64,000 nt of DNA, taken from positions 512,001 through 576,000 of the forward strand of contig JBMNFL010000001.1 in NCBI GenBank assembly GCA_050949315.1, in the 5' to 3' direction. The first letter of the stretch is position 1, and every line of letters starts with the position of its first letter. Made by a program: the position numbers and the translations under genes. The DNA is from Bacilli bacterium (GTDB taxonomy: Bacteria > Bacillota_I > Bacilli_A > RFN20 > UBA1709). Below are positions 1 to 10,060 of the stretch, in pieces. Under the pieces are notes generated by a model. That model was not told where the DNA came from. It did not search any database and saw only the letters and a program-made list of their open reading frames with translations.

Positions 1-23
1 ACTAACTGATTGATTGTTGGCAT
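1..23 (-). CDS. rpsL: 30S ribosomal protein S12, 5' end only (runs off window)
   Basis: Minus strand reads ATG CCA ACA ATC AAT CAG TTA GT = MPTINQLV, the canonical S12 N-terminus, preceded by an AAGGAGG Shine-Dalgarno. Confidence 0.9.
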
Positions 24-154
24 ATAGTTCCCTCCTTTCAAAGAATTTATTCACACAATACCAGGCGTTTTAAATCCTCTCTTTTTAAAGGTCTTCCCAA
101 TTGAAGACTTAAACGAATATATCTAAAACGGCCTTTTTTATGTACCGCAACGAT

Positions 155-183
155 ATTCTACTTAAGTAGAAATAACTTGTCAA
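155..183 (-). promoter_or_regulatory. sigma-A type promoter for rpsL operon
   Basis: TTGACA-17 nt-TAGAAT on minus strand. Confidence 0.8.
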
Positions 184-208
184 CCATTTTTTACTAAATA
201 ATAGGAAT

Positions 209-868
209 TTAAACTAACTCGTTTAATTTATAATCAAACAAAGAAAATTCCGCCTCATTATCTAAACTTTTTAAGCAGCAGGCCAGTTGATACTCTCTCT
301 GTAGAGTATATTCTTTAAAGATATAATTAGAGGTGTTTTCTTGATCAAAGACCTTAATAACCCGACCTTGAACATCAATTGAAAAACTATTCAAAGCCTT
401 CCTTAAACCTAAACCTAACAGCTTTAAATAACTCTCTTTTAAGGTCCAAAGACGATAAAACATCAGTTTAGGATTAGAACTTGTCTTTATAATTTCCTTT
501 TCCTTATCGGTAAAAAAGCGCTTAGCAAGACCTTCTCTTAAAGGAGCAATATATTCAATATCACAAGCGACTTCACTTAAAGAAATGACTAAAACAACCA
601 AATCCTTAGAATGGGAAATACCAATATGATATTGAGAATATTTTTTTAAATAAGGCTTACCACTATCTTGATAATCAATAGCAGGACTAGGATTGCGCAC
701 CCCTAAATCTCTAAGGGCTTTTAATAAGAGTAATCTTTCGGCTAAAAACACCCTCTTCTCTTTAAAACCTACACCCTTAAATTCTTGATTAATAACTAAA
801 GAAGCTTTTTTAAACAAAGCTTCATCTTTTAAGGGTCTAATATCTGTTAAATAAATTTTAACCGTCAC
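209..868 (-). CDS. Sfp-type 4'-phosphopantetheinyl transferase
   Basis: GKPY, ISHS, (A/G)CDIE and WTLKESYLK motifs. Confidence 0.9.
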   Translation of the reverse strand: MTVKIYLTDIRPLKDEALFKKASLVINQEFKGVGFKEKRVFLAERLLLLKALRDLGVRNPSPAIDYQDSGKPYLKKYSQYHIGISHSKDLVVLVISLSEVACDIEYIAPLREGLAKRFFTDKEKEIIKTSSNPKLMFYRLWTLKESYLKLLGLGLRKALNSFSIDVQGRVIKVFDQENTSNYIFKEYTLQREYQLACCLKSLDNEAEFSLFDYKLNELV

Positions 869-887
869 TTTTCTATCCTTTCATTTG

Positions 888-1355
888 CTATGTCGCATCC
901 TTAATATCCAAAAGCTTTAAACCTCGATAAGAGCAGTGGTATTTAAATACCTTCCCCTCTAAAATCCTATTGATAAACAAAGGAATATTCTTAGCTATCC
1001 CTTGATTATTAGGATTTAGAATCCATGAGGTTTTTTTCCAATCTAAAATCCCTTCACGATACTTAAGTGGGGTTTTTAAATACTCCTTACTAAAGCCATG
1101 ATAACAGGCAATTAAACCTCTGTCATTAGGATCATCTTCATTAGACCAACTAAAAGAACCACAAAAACTTAGAGTTTCAAGCTCTAAGCCTGTTTCTTCT
1201 TTGGTTTCTCTTAGCGCACAGTCTAAGGAAGATTCATTCTTTTTTACTTTGCCACCAAGACCATTCCAGCAACCAAACCAGGAACCCTTTTCACGATTGA
1301 TTAAAAGAAACTCGTCTTGATAACGAATAAAAACTAAGGTATGGGTATAGTTCAT
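888..1355 (-). CDS. Nudix hydrolase, MutT/8-oxo-dGTPase-like
   Basis: Nudix box GGKVKKNESSLDCALRETKEETGL; WNGLGG and REG motifs of the MutT-like group. Confidence 0.88.
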   Translation of the reverse strand: MNYTHTLVFIRYQDEFLLINREKGSWFGCWNGLGGKVKKNESSLDCALRETKEETGLELETLSFCGSFSWSNEDDPNDRGLIACYHGFSKEYLKTPLKYREGILDWKKTSWILNPNNQGIAKNIPLFINRILEGKVFKYHCSYRGLKLLDIKDAT

Positions 1356-1364
1356 AATAACGAT

Positions 1365-1394
1365 AAAGAAGGGAGGGGAGTTCCCCTCCCTATT
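1365..1394 (-). terminator. Rho-independent terminator of the ABC/nuclease operon
   Basis: AGGGAGGGG-AACT-CCCCTCCCT hairpin followed by TCTTT on minus strand. Confidence 0.8.
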
Positions 1395-1417
1395 AATACT
1401 TTATAAGGATTTAAAAA

Positions 1418-3925
1418 CTAACGTAATTCGACAGAGGCGATGTAGGCAGCAGCCTCTCCAGCCTTAATTGTTATTGTCCCAGCTTCGGTAGCCGTAACAT
1501 TGTAAATTAAGGTATAAGCATAAACTGTGTATTTTCCACTCTTTTGGCCAGTGTCAACACGATTAGCTTGGATAGTAGTGGCATCATCAACTGTTGTCAA
1601 AGTGGTTTCACCAAATTTAACAACTGGCTGCTTATCATTCGCTGCATAATCAAAGGTACTATATGTTGTTAAAACTACTTGTTCGGGTTTTTCATTTGCA
1701 ATAGTTATGGTACCTAACGCCTTCTTTAATTGAATATATTCTAAGGTTCCAAAGTTTTTAAATGTATAAGAAACATCTTTTGATAGGTTAACTTCGTGAC
1801 CGTAGATGCTATAATCAACCGCTTCTTTAGAATAGTCAGTGACACCAACAAATGAATTAGCAGTTAATTTTAGAAGCGCTACTTCAGTTTGAGCATACGC
1901 TGCACCTTTATCAACAACAGCCTGGATTTGTAAGGTAACACCAGATTTACTTAAACCACGAACATAGGCATAAACATCAACTTCGGTTGCTGTGCCTTTC
2001 TTGGGATCAAGATCGTTGGTTTTGATGGTGTCATTGTAGTAAAGGGTAGCAACCCGAGTAGAAGTTGCGTCATTAGCAGTGGCATAAAGATTAATATATT
2101 TATTCCCCTTACTATCTTCGGTCTCGACCAAATAACCAGTAGCCTTTACTAATTTACCAGTGTACTCAGTTATTTGAGTCGCTAAATCAGTTTCACAAGC
2201 AGTCTTGATGGTTCCAATATTGTCTTTATCAATGGTTTTTTGGACCTTGCCAGTATAATTATGGCCAGTTGAGACAACCTTAACTGCCGTTGTCTTAGAT
2301 TGTGGGAAGTCCTGGTGTTCCGCATACTTGGTGGTAACGATGACTTCATCACCTAAGTTAACTTTGAATTTCTCATAACTGAAGACGGCTCCAGTTCCAT
2401 CATCAATAACAAATGACCCAACTGCCGTGTCACTACCACCCGCTGCCACAACATAACCATGTAAATATTGGACATTCTTATCATCTTTATTGGTTAAGAA
2501 ATTGGCAACAGTTGTATAGGTCAAAGCTGTTTCAAGCGTGATGTCTTTGGTTTTTTGAGCTTCACCTAATTTACTTGTCGCTCTAATTACGATTTGATCG
2601 TAAGAAGAATCAACCTTGATTTTTAGTTTGCCATCAGCAATGGAAACAAGTGTCGCATCAGTAGGTTCAACTACTGCCCAAGTAATCTCTGGTGTATTAA
2701 AGACATCACCAGTTGTTGGGAGCGTGATTTCAACATCTTCTGTGTAGGCAGCGGCAAACTTACCGGCAACCTCACCTAAAGAACCCGCCACTTTGAAAGC
2801 ATCATCATTGGTAAAGCTTTTGACGATGGCTGGGAACTTGGTTGAGCCGTAAACTTGAATATTGTGGCTATAAACGGTGGCGATACCTTCAAGATCAAAG
2901 GCTTGTTGGCTTTCTACCAAAGCTAGGAAGTTAGCCTTAAACTCTTTTCTTTGAGCATCGCTTAGGAAGTAATAACTATCATAGATGTTATATTCTGTTG
3001 TTCCTTCCCCAACTTTGAAATAATAGTTAGAGCCATCAACTCTTGTTGCCTTACAGCCCTTAAGCTCAACATAATTATTTTGATATTCGGCTGTGAAGTT
3101 TTTAGCGCTAGTCCAAGTCGCCCAATCAGTAGAGCCATCTTTGACTTTTACTTCTTGAGTGTCGCCAGTATAAACGTGAACGGTGCAGTTTTTGCCGAAT
3201 TCTTGTTGGCCAGAATAATCACTGCGTTTACCAGTAACGACTACTACATCGCCAACTTTCGCTGTGTTTTTCGCAGGAAGATACGCGTAATAGCCATTAC
3301 CAGCAGCATCTTGGAAATAGAAACTACCTTTACTAGGACCACTTCCTAAGATATCTAACACCACACCTTTGATATTCATGGTGTTTGTCCCTGTTGCACC
3401 TTCCTCATCCCATTCTGCCCTAGTATTTAAGACAAATTTGGGAGTTCTGTAAGCGAAGAAGCCTTTATCGGCGCCGACAATATCAGCTAAGGTCATGCTT
3501 ACGCCTTCATAGGTAAAAGTTGGGGTGAGTTTAAAGGTTGTATCTTCAGTAACCTTTTCATCATAATAGCCAACGTAAATGGTATCGTAATCTGCATCCT
3601 CAGTTACGACATATTTAACTGCGTCTTGAGTCACACCACCTGTGATTTCTAAGTTCCAGGTTATCTGGACATCATGTCCATCATAATTGGTGTGCGTAAC
3701 GACATCGAATGAATCGGTTTTGTCTATAACATCATGTTGGTAATACATTGACCAAACATAGCTACCAGCACCAGAAACGATGTTTTGGTATTCCTGTGTT
3801 CTATCAACACTAGTAGTACTGTCAGGACTGCTAGAACTGCTACTTGTCTTACCGCAGCCAACCAGTGAACCAACCGCTAGTACTAAACCGAGTAGTAATG
3901 TGCCTAATTTAGTTACTTTTTTCAT
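1418..3925 (-). CDS. Large lipoprotein with repeated OB-fold-like (nucleic-acid-binding type) domains
   Basis: Lipobox LVGC plus Ser/Thr linker; repeats such as GVV...FYFQDAAGNGYYAY...KVGDVVVVTGKRSDYSG and GYVVA...FVIDDGTGAVFSY...NLGDEVIV resemble OB modules of extracellular nucleases. Confidence 0.75.
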   Translation of the reverse strand: MKKVTKLGTLLLGLVLAVGSLVGCGKTSSSSSSPDSTTSVDRTQEYQNIVSGAGSYVWSMYYQHDVIDKTDSFDVVTHTNYDGHDVQITWNLEITGGVTQDAVKYVVTEDADYDTIYVGYYDEKVTEDTTFKLTPTFTYEGVSMTLADIVGADKGFFAYRTPKFVLNTRAEWDEEGATGTNTMNIKGVVLDILGSGPSKGSFYFQDAAGNGYYAYLPAKNTAKVGDVVVVTGKRSDYSGQQEFGKNCTVHVYTGDTQEVKVKDGSTDWATWTSAKNFTAEYQNNYVELKGCKATRVDGSNYYFKVGEGTTEYNIYDSYYFLSDAQRKEFKANFLALVESQQAFDLEGIATVYSHNIQVYGSTKFPAIVKSFTNDDAFKVAGSLGEVAGKFAAAYTEDVEITLPTTGDVFNTPEITWAVVEPTDATLVSIADGKLKIKVDSSYDQIVIRATSKLGEAQKTKDITLETALTYTTVANFLTNKDDKNVQYLHGYVVAAGGSDTAVGSFVIDDGTGAVFSYEKFKVNLGDEVIVTTKYAEHQDFPQSKTTAVKVVSTGHNYTGKVQKTIDKDNIGTIKTACETDLATQITEYTGKLVKATGYLVETEDSKGNKYINLYATANDATSTRVATLYYNDTIKTNDLDPKKGTATEVDVYAYVRGLSKSGVTLQIQAVVDKGAAYAQTEVALLKLTANSFVGVTDYSKEAVDYSIYGHEVNLSKDVSYTFKNFGTLEYIQLKKALGTITIANEKPEQVVLTTYSTFDYAANDKQPVVKFGETTLTTVDDATTIQANRVDTGQKSGKYTVYAYTLIYNVTATEAGTITIKAGEAAAYIASVELR

Positions 3926-3954
3926 GTTTTAATTCCTTTCTTTAATTCTTTTAA

Positions 3955-5250
3955 TTAATTTTTAACAGTGATATCACTCCGCTTGTAAACGTGGACTTGA
4001 TAATCACCTTTATAATCGTCAACAGTTCCAATAACATCAATAATCTTATTCTCGTAAGCCTCGGCAGTCACAAGGGTTTTTCCATCCTCTTCATAGAGAA
4101 TTGAAGTACGAATTTTGATTTCATTTTCTTCACTATCTTCACAGGTAAAGGTCATGGCCCCAACTGAAGAAGTGCTAGGATCTGTTGTCGTATAAATACT
4201 TTTAACTGCTAAACCTTCAACTTTGACATAAGTGTCACTTATGCTTGCATCATTTGCTTTAAAATAGGGAACATCGATGAGCCAGGGCTCGACTTCGTTA
4301 TCTTCTGAAACCAAGCGCAAACATTTATCATGTTTAGGCGTCATGGCAAAATAAGTTAAACCCGAAGCCTGGTAGCCAAAATTTTCACTATAGGTAATGG
4401 TGGCTGCAAAGCTCAAACGATTACCAATGGCTAGTAAAAAATTACCTGAAAAGTTATAGCCACTATAGACTTGAATACCGTAGTATTTCTCATCTTCTAA
4501 GTCCCAGTCCACAACGGTATAGGTGTTTTCACCGCCGTTAAGAACGATGACACCTTCAAAACGAACATTGGTATCCACATATTCATCAATATGTGTTCTG
4601 ATTTGTTTTAAGGTCACTTCCCTATAATCGCCATAATCAAAGCCTGGATCTTTAACCTCGCCATAATAACGAAGTTTAAGACTAATCGCCTGATTGTGCG
4701 CCTGAGCGAAAATGTCAGCATATTTAGTTGAGGAATAATTTTTAGTCGCCGCATAACCTTCTTGAAGAAGTTCAAGATTTAGCAAGCGATAATCCGAACT
4801 GTCATCACTCTTATACCAAACCCAGAGTAAGATTCGTCTATCGGTAGTTGAATCGCGATTCCACTTATTATCATCAGATTCAATATAGATAGATTTGGCG
4901 TTTTCTAATTTAGATTTATTAAACAGGGCCGCCGCTTTACCCCAGGGTTGAATCGTTCCCGTAGACTCTGGTGTATCAATGGCTAGATAACGCGCCTTAA
5001 CCACTCCATCTTCATTAATATCTGCATGGAAGTGGGTCGTATCACCATCAATACAGGTCTTTAAAGTAACTTCTTTCTTCAAAGAACTGGTGTCATTGAG
5101 ATCGAGTTTCAATTGCCCAGCATAATCTACAGGATCAGCTAGACTTGACGTAGTTACTGGTGTTGTCGTTGAGGTAGAAGAAGAACTACCACAGCTCAAA
5201 AGAGTTGCAGCAAGTAAAATAATTAATAGATATTTTGCAAACTTCTTCAT
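3955..5250 (-). CDS. Thermonuclease (SNase-family) lipoprotein with C-terminal OB-like domains
   Basis: Lipobox LLSC; IDGDT, RYLAIDTPES and NLELLQEGYA SNase motifs. Confidence 0.9.
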   Translation of the reverse strand: MKKFAKYLLIILLAATLLSCGSSSSTSTTTPVTTSSLADPVDYAGQLKLDLNDTSSLKKEVTLKTCIDGDTTHFHADINEDGVVKARYLAIDTPESTGTIQPWGKAAALFNKSKLENAKSIYIESDDNKWNRDSTTDRRILLWVWYKSDDSSDYRLLNLELLQEGYAATKNYSSTKYADIFAQAHNQAISLKLRYYGEVKDPGFDYGDYREVTLKQIRTHIDEYVDTNVRFEGVIVLNGGENTYTVVDWDLEDEKYYGIQVYSGYNFSGNFLLAIGNRLSFAATITYSENFGYQASGLTYFAMTPKHDKCLRLVSEDNEVEPWLIDVPYFKANDASISDTYVKVEGLAVKSIYTTTDPSTSSVGAMTFTCEDSEENEIKIRTSILYEEDGKTLVTAEAYENKIIDVIGTVDDYKGDYQVHVYKRSDITVKN

Positions 5251-5262
5251 AAAAACACCTCT

Positions 5263-6630
5263 CTACCCGATAGCATAGTTACAGTTATCTACGGCATCTT
5301 TAAAGGCCTGATCTATTCCTTTTACGCCGCTGAGCACGGCTGCTAACATGGCCCCAACCTCATCACGCGCTACCGCTGAGCCGACAAAGGCTGGTGAAGA
5401 ATAATAATAACTTTCTTGGGCGATGCATTGCTTGGCTGAGAGCGCAGCAATGTTATCACTGCCATCAGCCCGATTTAAAAAGTCTTGATAAACTTCATTA
5501 GCGAAGACGGATTTGAGAACGGGAACATAGCCAGAGGTCATGGAAAACTCCGCCTGGAACTCTACACTGGTAAGTAAATACCTAGTGAAGAGCCAAGAAG
5601 CCAGAACTTCTTGAGGGTTCTTACTTTTTAAGATACAGACCGAAGGTCCTTGTGAGATGACCCGCTTGCGAGTAGCACTAACTTGCGGAATGGCGGTGAT
5701 GCCTGTTTCAAAAGGACGGACGCCATTGATCTTCTCAGGAACCTGATTGGTCGCGCCTGCTGAAGAGCCAATAGACATATAAGACTTAACTTCCCCTCTA
5801 GAGGTAAATAAACTAGAAGTATATTGGCCGTATAGCGATTTAGTGGTAACTAAACCAGCTTCATACCAGCCCTTAATTTTAGTTAAGAAATCACGATTCG
5901 CCTGATTATCAAAGAGAAAATAAGGCGCTTCATCACTGGTATAGGGTGAATCCAATTGTTCACACATGGTAATAAACCAGTTGGAATCGGAATCATAACC
6001 AAGAGGAATGGATTTAGGGTCAATTACCTTAATCGCTTGACAAACACTTTCCATCTCCTCCCAAGTAGTAGGGACATTGAGTTCGTGTTCCGTAAAGAAA
6101 GTCTTATTGTAATAAAGAACTTCAGTAGATTTAGAGAAGGGCAAACAGTACATCTTATCATCACCGAATTGTTTACCTTCATTGTAGTAAGCCTCAATAA
6201 AGTCCGCTTTTTGAGCGGCAGTTAGGCCTAGGCCATATTTAGTATCATCCATCAGCGTATCTAACTTAATAACCGATTTGGCTTTGTTATAAGTCGCGAC
6301 ATGATCGGGATAACAATAGACAAGGTTCGCCTGCTCGCCAATGGAGAGTTCGGTTTTGATTTGGTCACGCACATCATCATACCCGCCAATAGCCAAAGAA
6401 TTTATCGTAATGTTCGGATAAAGTTCTTCAAAGGCCTCAATGTAGACATTTAAAACATTTTGCAAAGGCTGTCCCATGGTATGGTAAAAACGTATGGTAA
6501 CTTTAGAGTTATCATAACCACCTTCCGGAATGACAAAATCCGGCAAGTTTTCGCTCTTCTTACAACCCGACAGGGTCGGAATGAGAAGAAGCACCATCAA
6601 CGAACAAATAAACCAACGTATTTTTTTCAT
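5263..6630 (-). CDS. ABC transporter substrate-binding lipoprotein (CUT1 / SBP family 1), copy 2
   Basis: Lipobox LSGC; PFSKSTEVLYYNK, PTTWEE and QGPS motifs; ABC operon context. Confidence 0.9.
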   Translation of the reverse strand: MKKIRWFICSLMVLLLIPTLSGCKKSENLPDFVIPEGGYDNSKVTIRFYHTMGQPLQNVLNVYIEAFEELYPNITINSLAIGGYDDVRDQIKTELSIGEQANLVYCYPDHVATYNKAKSVIKLDTLMDDTKYGLGLTAAQKADFIEAYYNEGKQFGDDKMYCLPFSKSTEVLYYNKTFFTEHELNVPTTWEEMESVCQAIKVIDPKSIPLGYDSDSNWFITMCEQLDSPYTSDEAPYFLFDNQANRDFLTKIKGWYEAGLVTTKSLYGQYTSSLFTSRGEVKSYMSIGSSAGATNQVPEKINGVRPFETGITAIPQVSATRKRVISQGPSVCILKSKNPQEVLASWLFTRYLLTSVEFQAEFSMTSGYVPVLKSVFANEVYQDFLNRADGSDNIAALSAKQCIAQESYYYSSPAFVGSAVARDEVGAMLAAVLSGVKGIDQAFKDAVDNCNYAIG

Positions 6631-6648
6631 TTTAATCTCTTTCTTAAT

Positions 6649-8133
6649 TTAGCCAGTAACCTGATATTCACATTCTGTAATAGCATCAGCAAAGACTGTG
6701 TCAATATTTTTCTTGTCACTGACGTCGGCTAACATAGCATCAATAATTCCACCAACTTGATCTCTAGCTTCACTGGAGCCGACAAAGGCTGGTGAAGTAA
6801 AGTAGTTGGCTGCTTGTTCCATACAAACATAGGCTGATAATGACGAAATGTTATCGCCACCATTACGGGCCGCTAATTTTTCCGCAAAAGTTTCATTTTG
6901 CTTAACTGATTTTAAAACAGGTACATAACCAGAAGCCAATGAGAATTCCGCTTGGAACTCAACACTGGTGGTTAAATATTTGAGGAATAACCAAGATGCC
7001 ATAACCTTTTGAGGATCACTATTCCTAAAGATACAGACCGAAGGTCCTTGTGAAATGACCCGTTTGTGTTCGGCATTAGCCTGAGGAATCTCAGCAATAC
7101 CAACATCAAAAGGATAATTGCCACCAACTTTATCTGGTCTTTGGTGAGTAGCACCTGCAGAAGAGCCAATGGACATATAAGATTTTTGCTTGCTAGGGTC
7201 GGTTTCCTTAAAGATTGATGAGGTGTAAGTACCTAAAAGCTTTTGAGTAGTTACATAACCTTTTTTAGACCAGTCTTTAAACTTGTTAACAAAAGCTTTA
7301 GCATCATCATTGTTAAATAAGAAATGATTACCCGTAGCTGAAGTGTAAGGAATTTCTAATTGCTCACACATCGTGATGAACCAGTTGGCTGATGAGTCAT
7401 AGCCAAGAGGAGTACTGTTGGGATCAATTTTCTTAATGGCCTCGCAGACATATTCCAATGAGGTCTTGTCATCATCACCCGTGCTAAACCAGTGATCAGG
7501 AACACTTAAATTGTTGGCCGTAAAGAAGGTCTTATTGTAGTAGAGAACTTCGGTAGATTTGGAGAATGGTAGGGTATACATTCTACCATCAGCAAATTGT
7601 TTACCTTCATTGTAATAAGCCTCAATGAAGTCACCTTTTTGGACTTGATTTAGACCAATAATGCCGTCTTTACCATCCGAAACTTGTGAATTAATCAAAT
7701 TGTCAAGGGAAATAACGGCTTTAGCTTTGTTATACAAGGCGACATGGTCGGGATAACAATAGGCTAAGTTTGGTTGATTGCCAATCGCAATCTCGGTCTT
7801 GATTTGATTTCTGACATCGTCATAACTACCAACAGAGGTGTACTCAACTGTGATGTTGGGATAGATCGCGTTGAATGATGTGATGTACTGATCAAGAACA
7901 GGTGTGAGATTGGTCGTACTCATCGTGTGGTAAAACTTAATCGTTACCGCACTACCGTCATAACCACCTTCTGGAACAACGAAAGCGGTCTGATCAACTT
8001 TCGGTGTAGTACCACCACCAGTGGTAGTGTCACTACTAGTTCCATTGCTTTGCCCATTGCCACAACCCACTAGCATCGCTAGAGAGAGTGCAAGAGCAAA
8101 GCCTAAGAGAATTTTCGACTTTGTTTTGTGCAT
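6649..8133 (-). CDS. ABC transporter substrate-binding lipoprotein, copy 1
   Basis: Lipobox LVGC; clear paralog of the downstream SBP (PEGGYD, YCYPDHVA, QGPSVCI shared). Confidence 0.9.
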   Translation of the reverse strand: MHKTKSKILLGFALALSLAMLVGCGNGQSNGTSSDTTTGGGTTPKVDQTAFVVPEGGYDGSAVTIKFYHTMSTTNLTPVLDQYITSFNAIYPNITVEYTSVGSYDDVRNQIKTEIAIGNQPNLAYCYPDHVALYNKAKAVISLDNLINSQVSDGKDGIIGLNQVQKGDFIEAYYNEGKQFADGRMYTLPFSKSTEVLYYNKTFFTANNLSVPDHWFSTGDDDKTSLEYVCEAIKKIDPNSTPLGYDSSANWFITMCEQLEIPYTSATGNHFLFNNDDAKAFVNKFKDWSKKGYVTTQKLLGTYTSSIFKETDPSKQKSYMSIGSSAGATHQRPDKVGGNYPFDVGIAEIPQANAEHKRVISQGPSVCIFRNSDPQKVMASWLFLKYLTTSVEFQAEFSLASGYVPVLKSVKQNETFAEKLAARNGGDNISSLSAYVCMEQAANYFTSPAFVGSSEARDQVGGIIDAMLADVSDKKNIDTVFADAITECEYQVTG

Positions 8134-8190
8134 AGTTTTTCAATCCTTTCTTTAATAATATCTATGAATAAGCTTTGCCAAGCTTTATTC

Positions 8191-9117
8191 CTATCCTTTA
8201 ATACCGGCGCGAGAAACGCCCTTCATAATGTACTTTCTACAGAAGATGAAGACGAGAAATAGTGGTAAAGAAACTAAGGCGACCGCTGCCATCTGAACAG
8301 GATAATCAATATCGCCAGTGGAAGCGGTAAAAGCGTTACGTAAACCGTTAGTTATCAAGCGGTGAGCCTCATCATTAGCAACTAAACGCGGCCAAATATA
8401 GGCGTTCCAAGCTCCCATCATTTTTAAAATCGTAATTGAAATTAACTGCGGCAAGGCTAAAGGAACCATGATCTTCAGCAAATACATAAAATCACTGGTG
8501 CCATCAACCTTAGCAGCTAGATATAACTCATTAGGTATTTGTTTAAAATTCTGCCTCAAAAGGTAAATATAGAAAACACTAACTAAGAAGGGGAAAATCA
8601 AGGCTGCAAAGGTGTTCATCCAACCAAGACTATTGACTGTCGCATAGTTAGTGATAGTAAATAACTCGCCAGGAATCATCATGGTAGCTAGTAGAATGGC
8701 GAAAAGAGCGTCTCTACCTTTAAATTCCAAACGCGCGAAAGCAAAGGCACTTAAAACTGTCACCACTAAAGAAAGCAAGGTAGAACAAACACCGACAAAC
8801 ATGGTGTTGAGGAAAAGTCTACCAAGTTTAGCGGTAGTAAAGGCCTTGGCATAGTTTTCAAAATGAACGACATGAGGCCAGAAAGTTGGCGTGGCCAAAC
8901 GATACTCTTCTAACGATTTCAAAGAGGAGTTAAGCATCCAATAAAAGGGGAAAAGAACGGCAATAGCAACCAAAATCAGAAAAGTATAGTTTAAAATAAG
9001 CGCCATTCTGCGTCCCGCTTTAGCTTTCTTTTTAATCTCCTTGATATCCATATCTTCTTGACTGATTATTTTCTTCTTCTCATTTTCGGAAGTTATAACA
9101 TTTTTTTCTTGTTCCAT
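8191..9117 (-). CDS. CUT1 ABC transporter permease (MalG/UgpE-like)
   Basis: Six TM segments; EAA-type loop IPNELYLAAKVDG. Confidence 0.92.
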   Translation of the reverse strand: MEQEKNVITSENEKKKIISQEDMDIKEIKKKAKAGRRMALILNYTFLILVAIAVLFPFYWMLNSSLKSLEEYRLATPTFWPHVVHFENYAKAFTTAKLGRLFLNTMFVGVCSTLLSLVVTVLSAFAFARLEFKGRDALFAILLATMMIPGELFTITNYATVNSLGWMNTFAALIFPFLVSVFYIYLLRQNFKQIPNELYLAAKVDGTSDFMYLLKIMVPLALPQLISITILKMMGAWNAYIWPRLVANDEAHRLITNGLRNAFTASTGDIDYPVQMAAVALVSLPLFLVFIFCRKYIMKGVSRAGIKG

Positions 9118-9128
9118 GCTTTCACCCC

Positions 9129-10058
9129 CTAATAATGAACTTTCTTCTTGCTAACATAAAGATTAATCATTGTTACGAAGAATATTAATACAAACAAGAT
9201 TAAAGCCGCGGCCGAAGCCCGACCGTAGTTAGAATCAGCTAGAGCATCATAAATAAAACCGACCATTGTATTTAATTTTTTTGTTTCACCAGCCGGCCCC
9301 ATTGTCTCGCCATAAATACCGATGATGCTTGAATATTCCTTAAAGCCCCCAATAAAACCAGTGATAACAACATAGGCAATCATGGGTGAAAGCAAGGGTA
9401 CGGTAATGCGTGAGAAAATTCTTTTCCTAGAAGCCCCATCAATTTTAGCGGCTTCATAGTACTGCTTATTAATCCCTTGTAAGCCACCTAACAAAATTAA
9501 AATCTTGAAAGGCAAGGCATTCCAAACGATATAAACTACTAAAACGGTCATATTAGCAGCGTAGCTGCTGCCGGCATTGATCCAGTTGATAGGTCCAATG
9601 CCAAAGACCCCTAAAATATTATTGATAATACCGGCTGTTACAATCGTGTCGACCGAACCAACGATATTAAACATCATGGCAAAGACCATACCAATAGCGA
9701 TGGAGTTTGTAACATAAGGTAAGAAATAAATAGTCTGTAACACTCTTCTTAAGGGCCCGATAGAATTTAAACAAACGGCAATTAACAAGGCCAAAAAGGA
9801 AGAAATAGGAACTGTTATTATACAAAGTAAGCAAGTATTCTTTAGACAAGAAAGAAACCTAGCATATTTTAAAACTTTAACGAAGTTACCAATTCCAAAA
9901 TTATAAGTTTCACCACCGACAACGCCTAAAGAATTGTAACCCTCTAAAAAGGCCATGCGCAAAGTGTTAACGATGGGCCAGAAGGTGAAGACTAATAAGA
10001 GAACTATCGCTGGGGCTAAATAAAGCCAGGCTTTCCATTGTTGACGATTATCAACCAT
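9129..10058 (-). CDS. CUT1 ABC transporter permease (MalF/UgpA-like)
   Basis: YEAAKIDGAS EAA motif; multiple TM segments. Confidence 0.92.
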   Translation of the reverse strand: MVDNRQQWKAWLYLAPAIVLLLVFTFWPIVNTLRMAFLEGYNSLGVVGGETYNFGIGNFVKVLKYARFLSCLKNTCLLCIITVPISSFLALLIAVCLNSIGPLRRVLQTIYFLPYVTNSIAIGMVFAMMFNIVGSVDTIVTAGIINNILGVFGIGPINWINAGSSYAANMTVLVVYIVWNALPFKILILLGGLQGINKQYYEAAKIDGASRKRIFSRITVPLLSPMIAYVVITGFIGGFKEYSSIIGIYGETMGPAGETKKLNTMVGFIYDALADSNYGRASAAALILFVLIFFVTMINLYVSKKKVHY

Positions 10059-10060
10059 AA

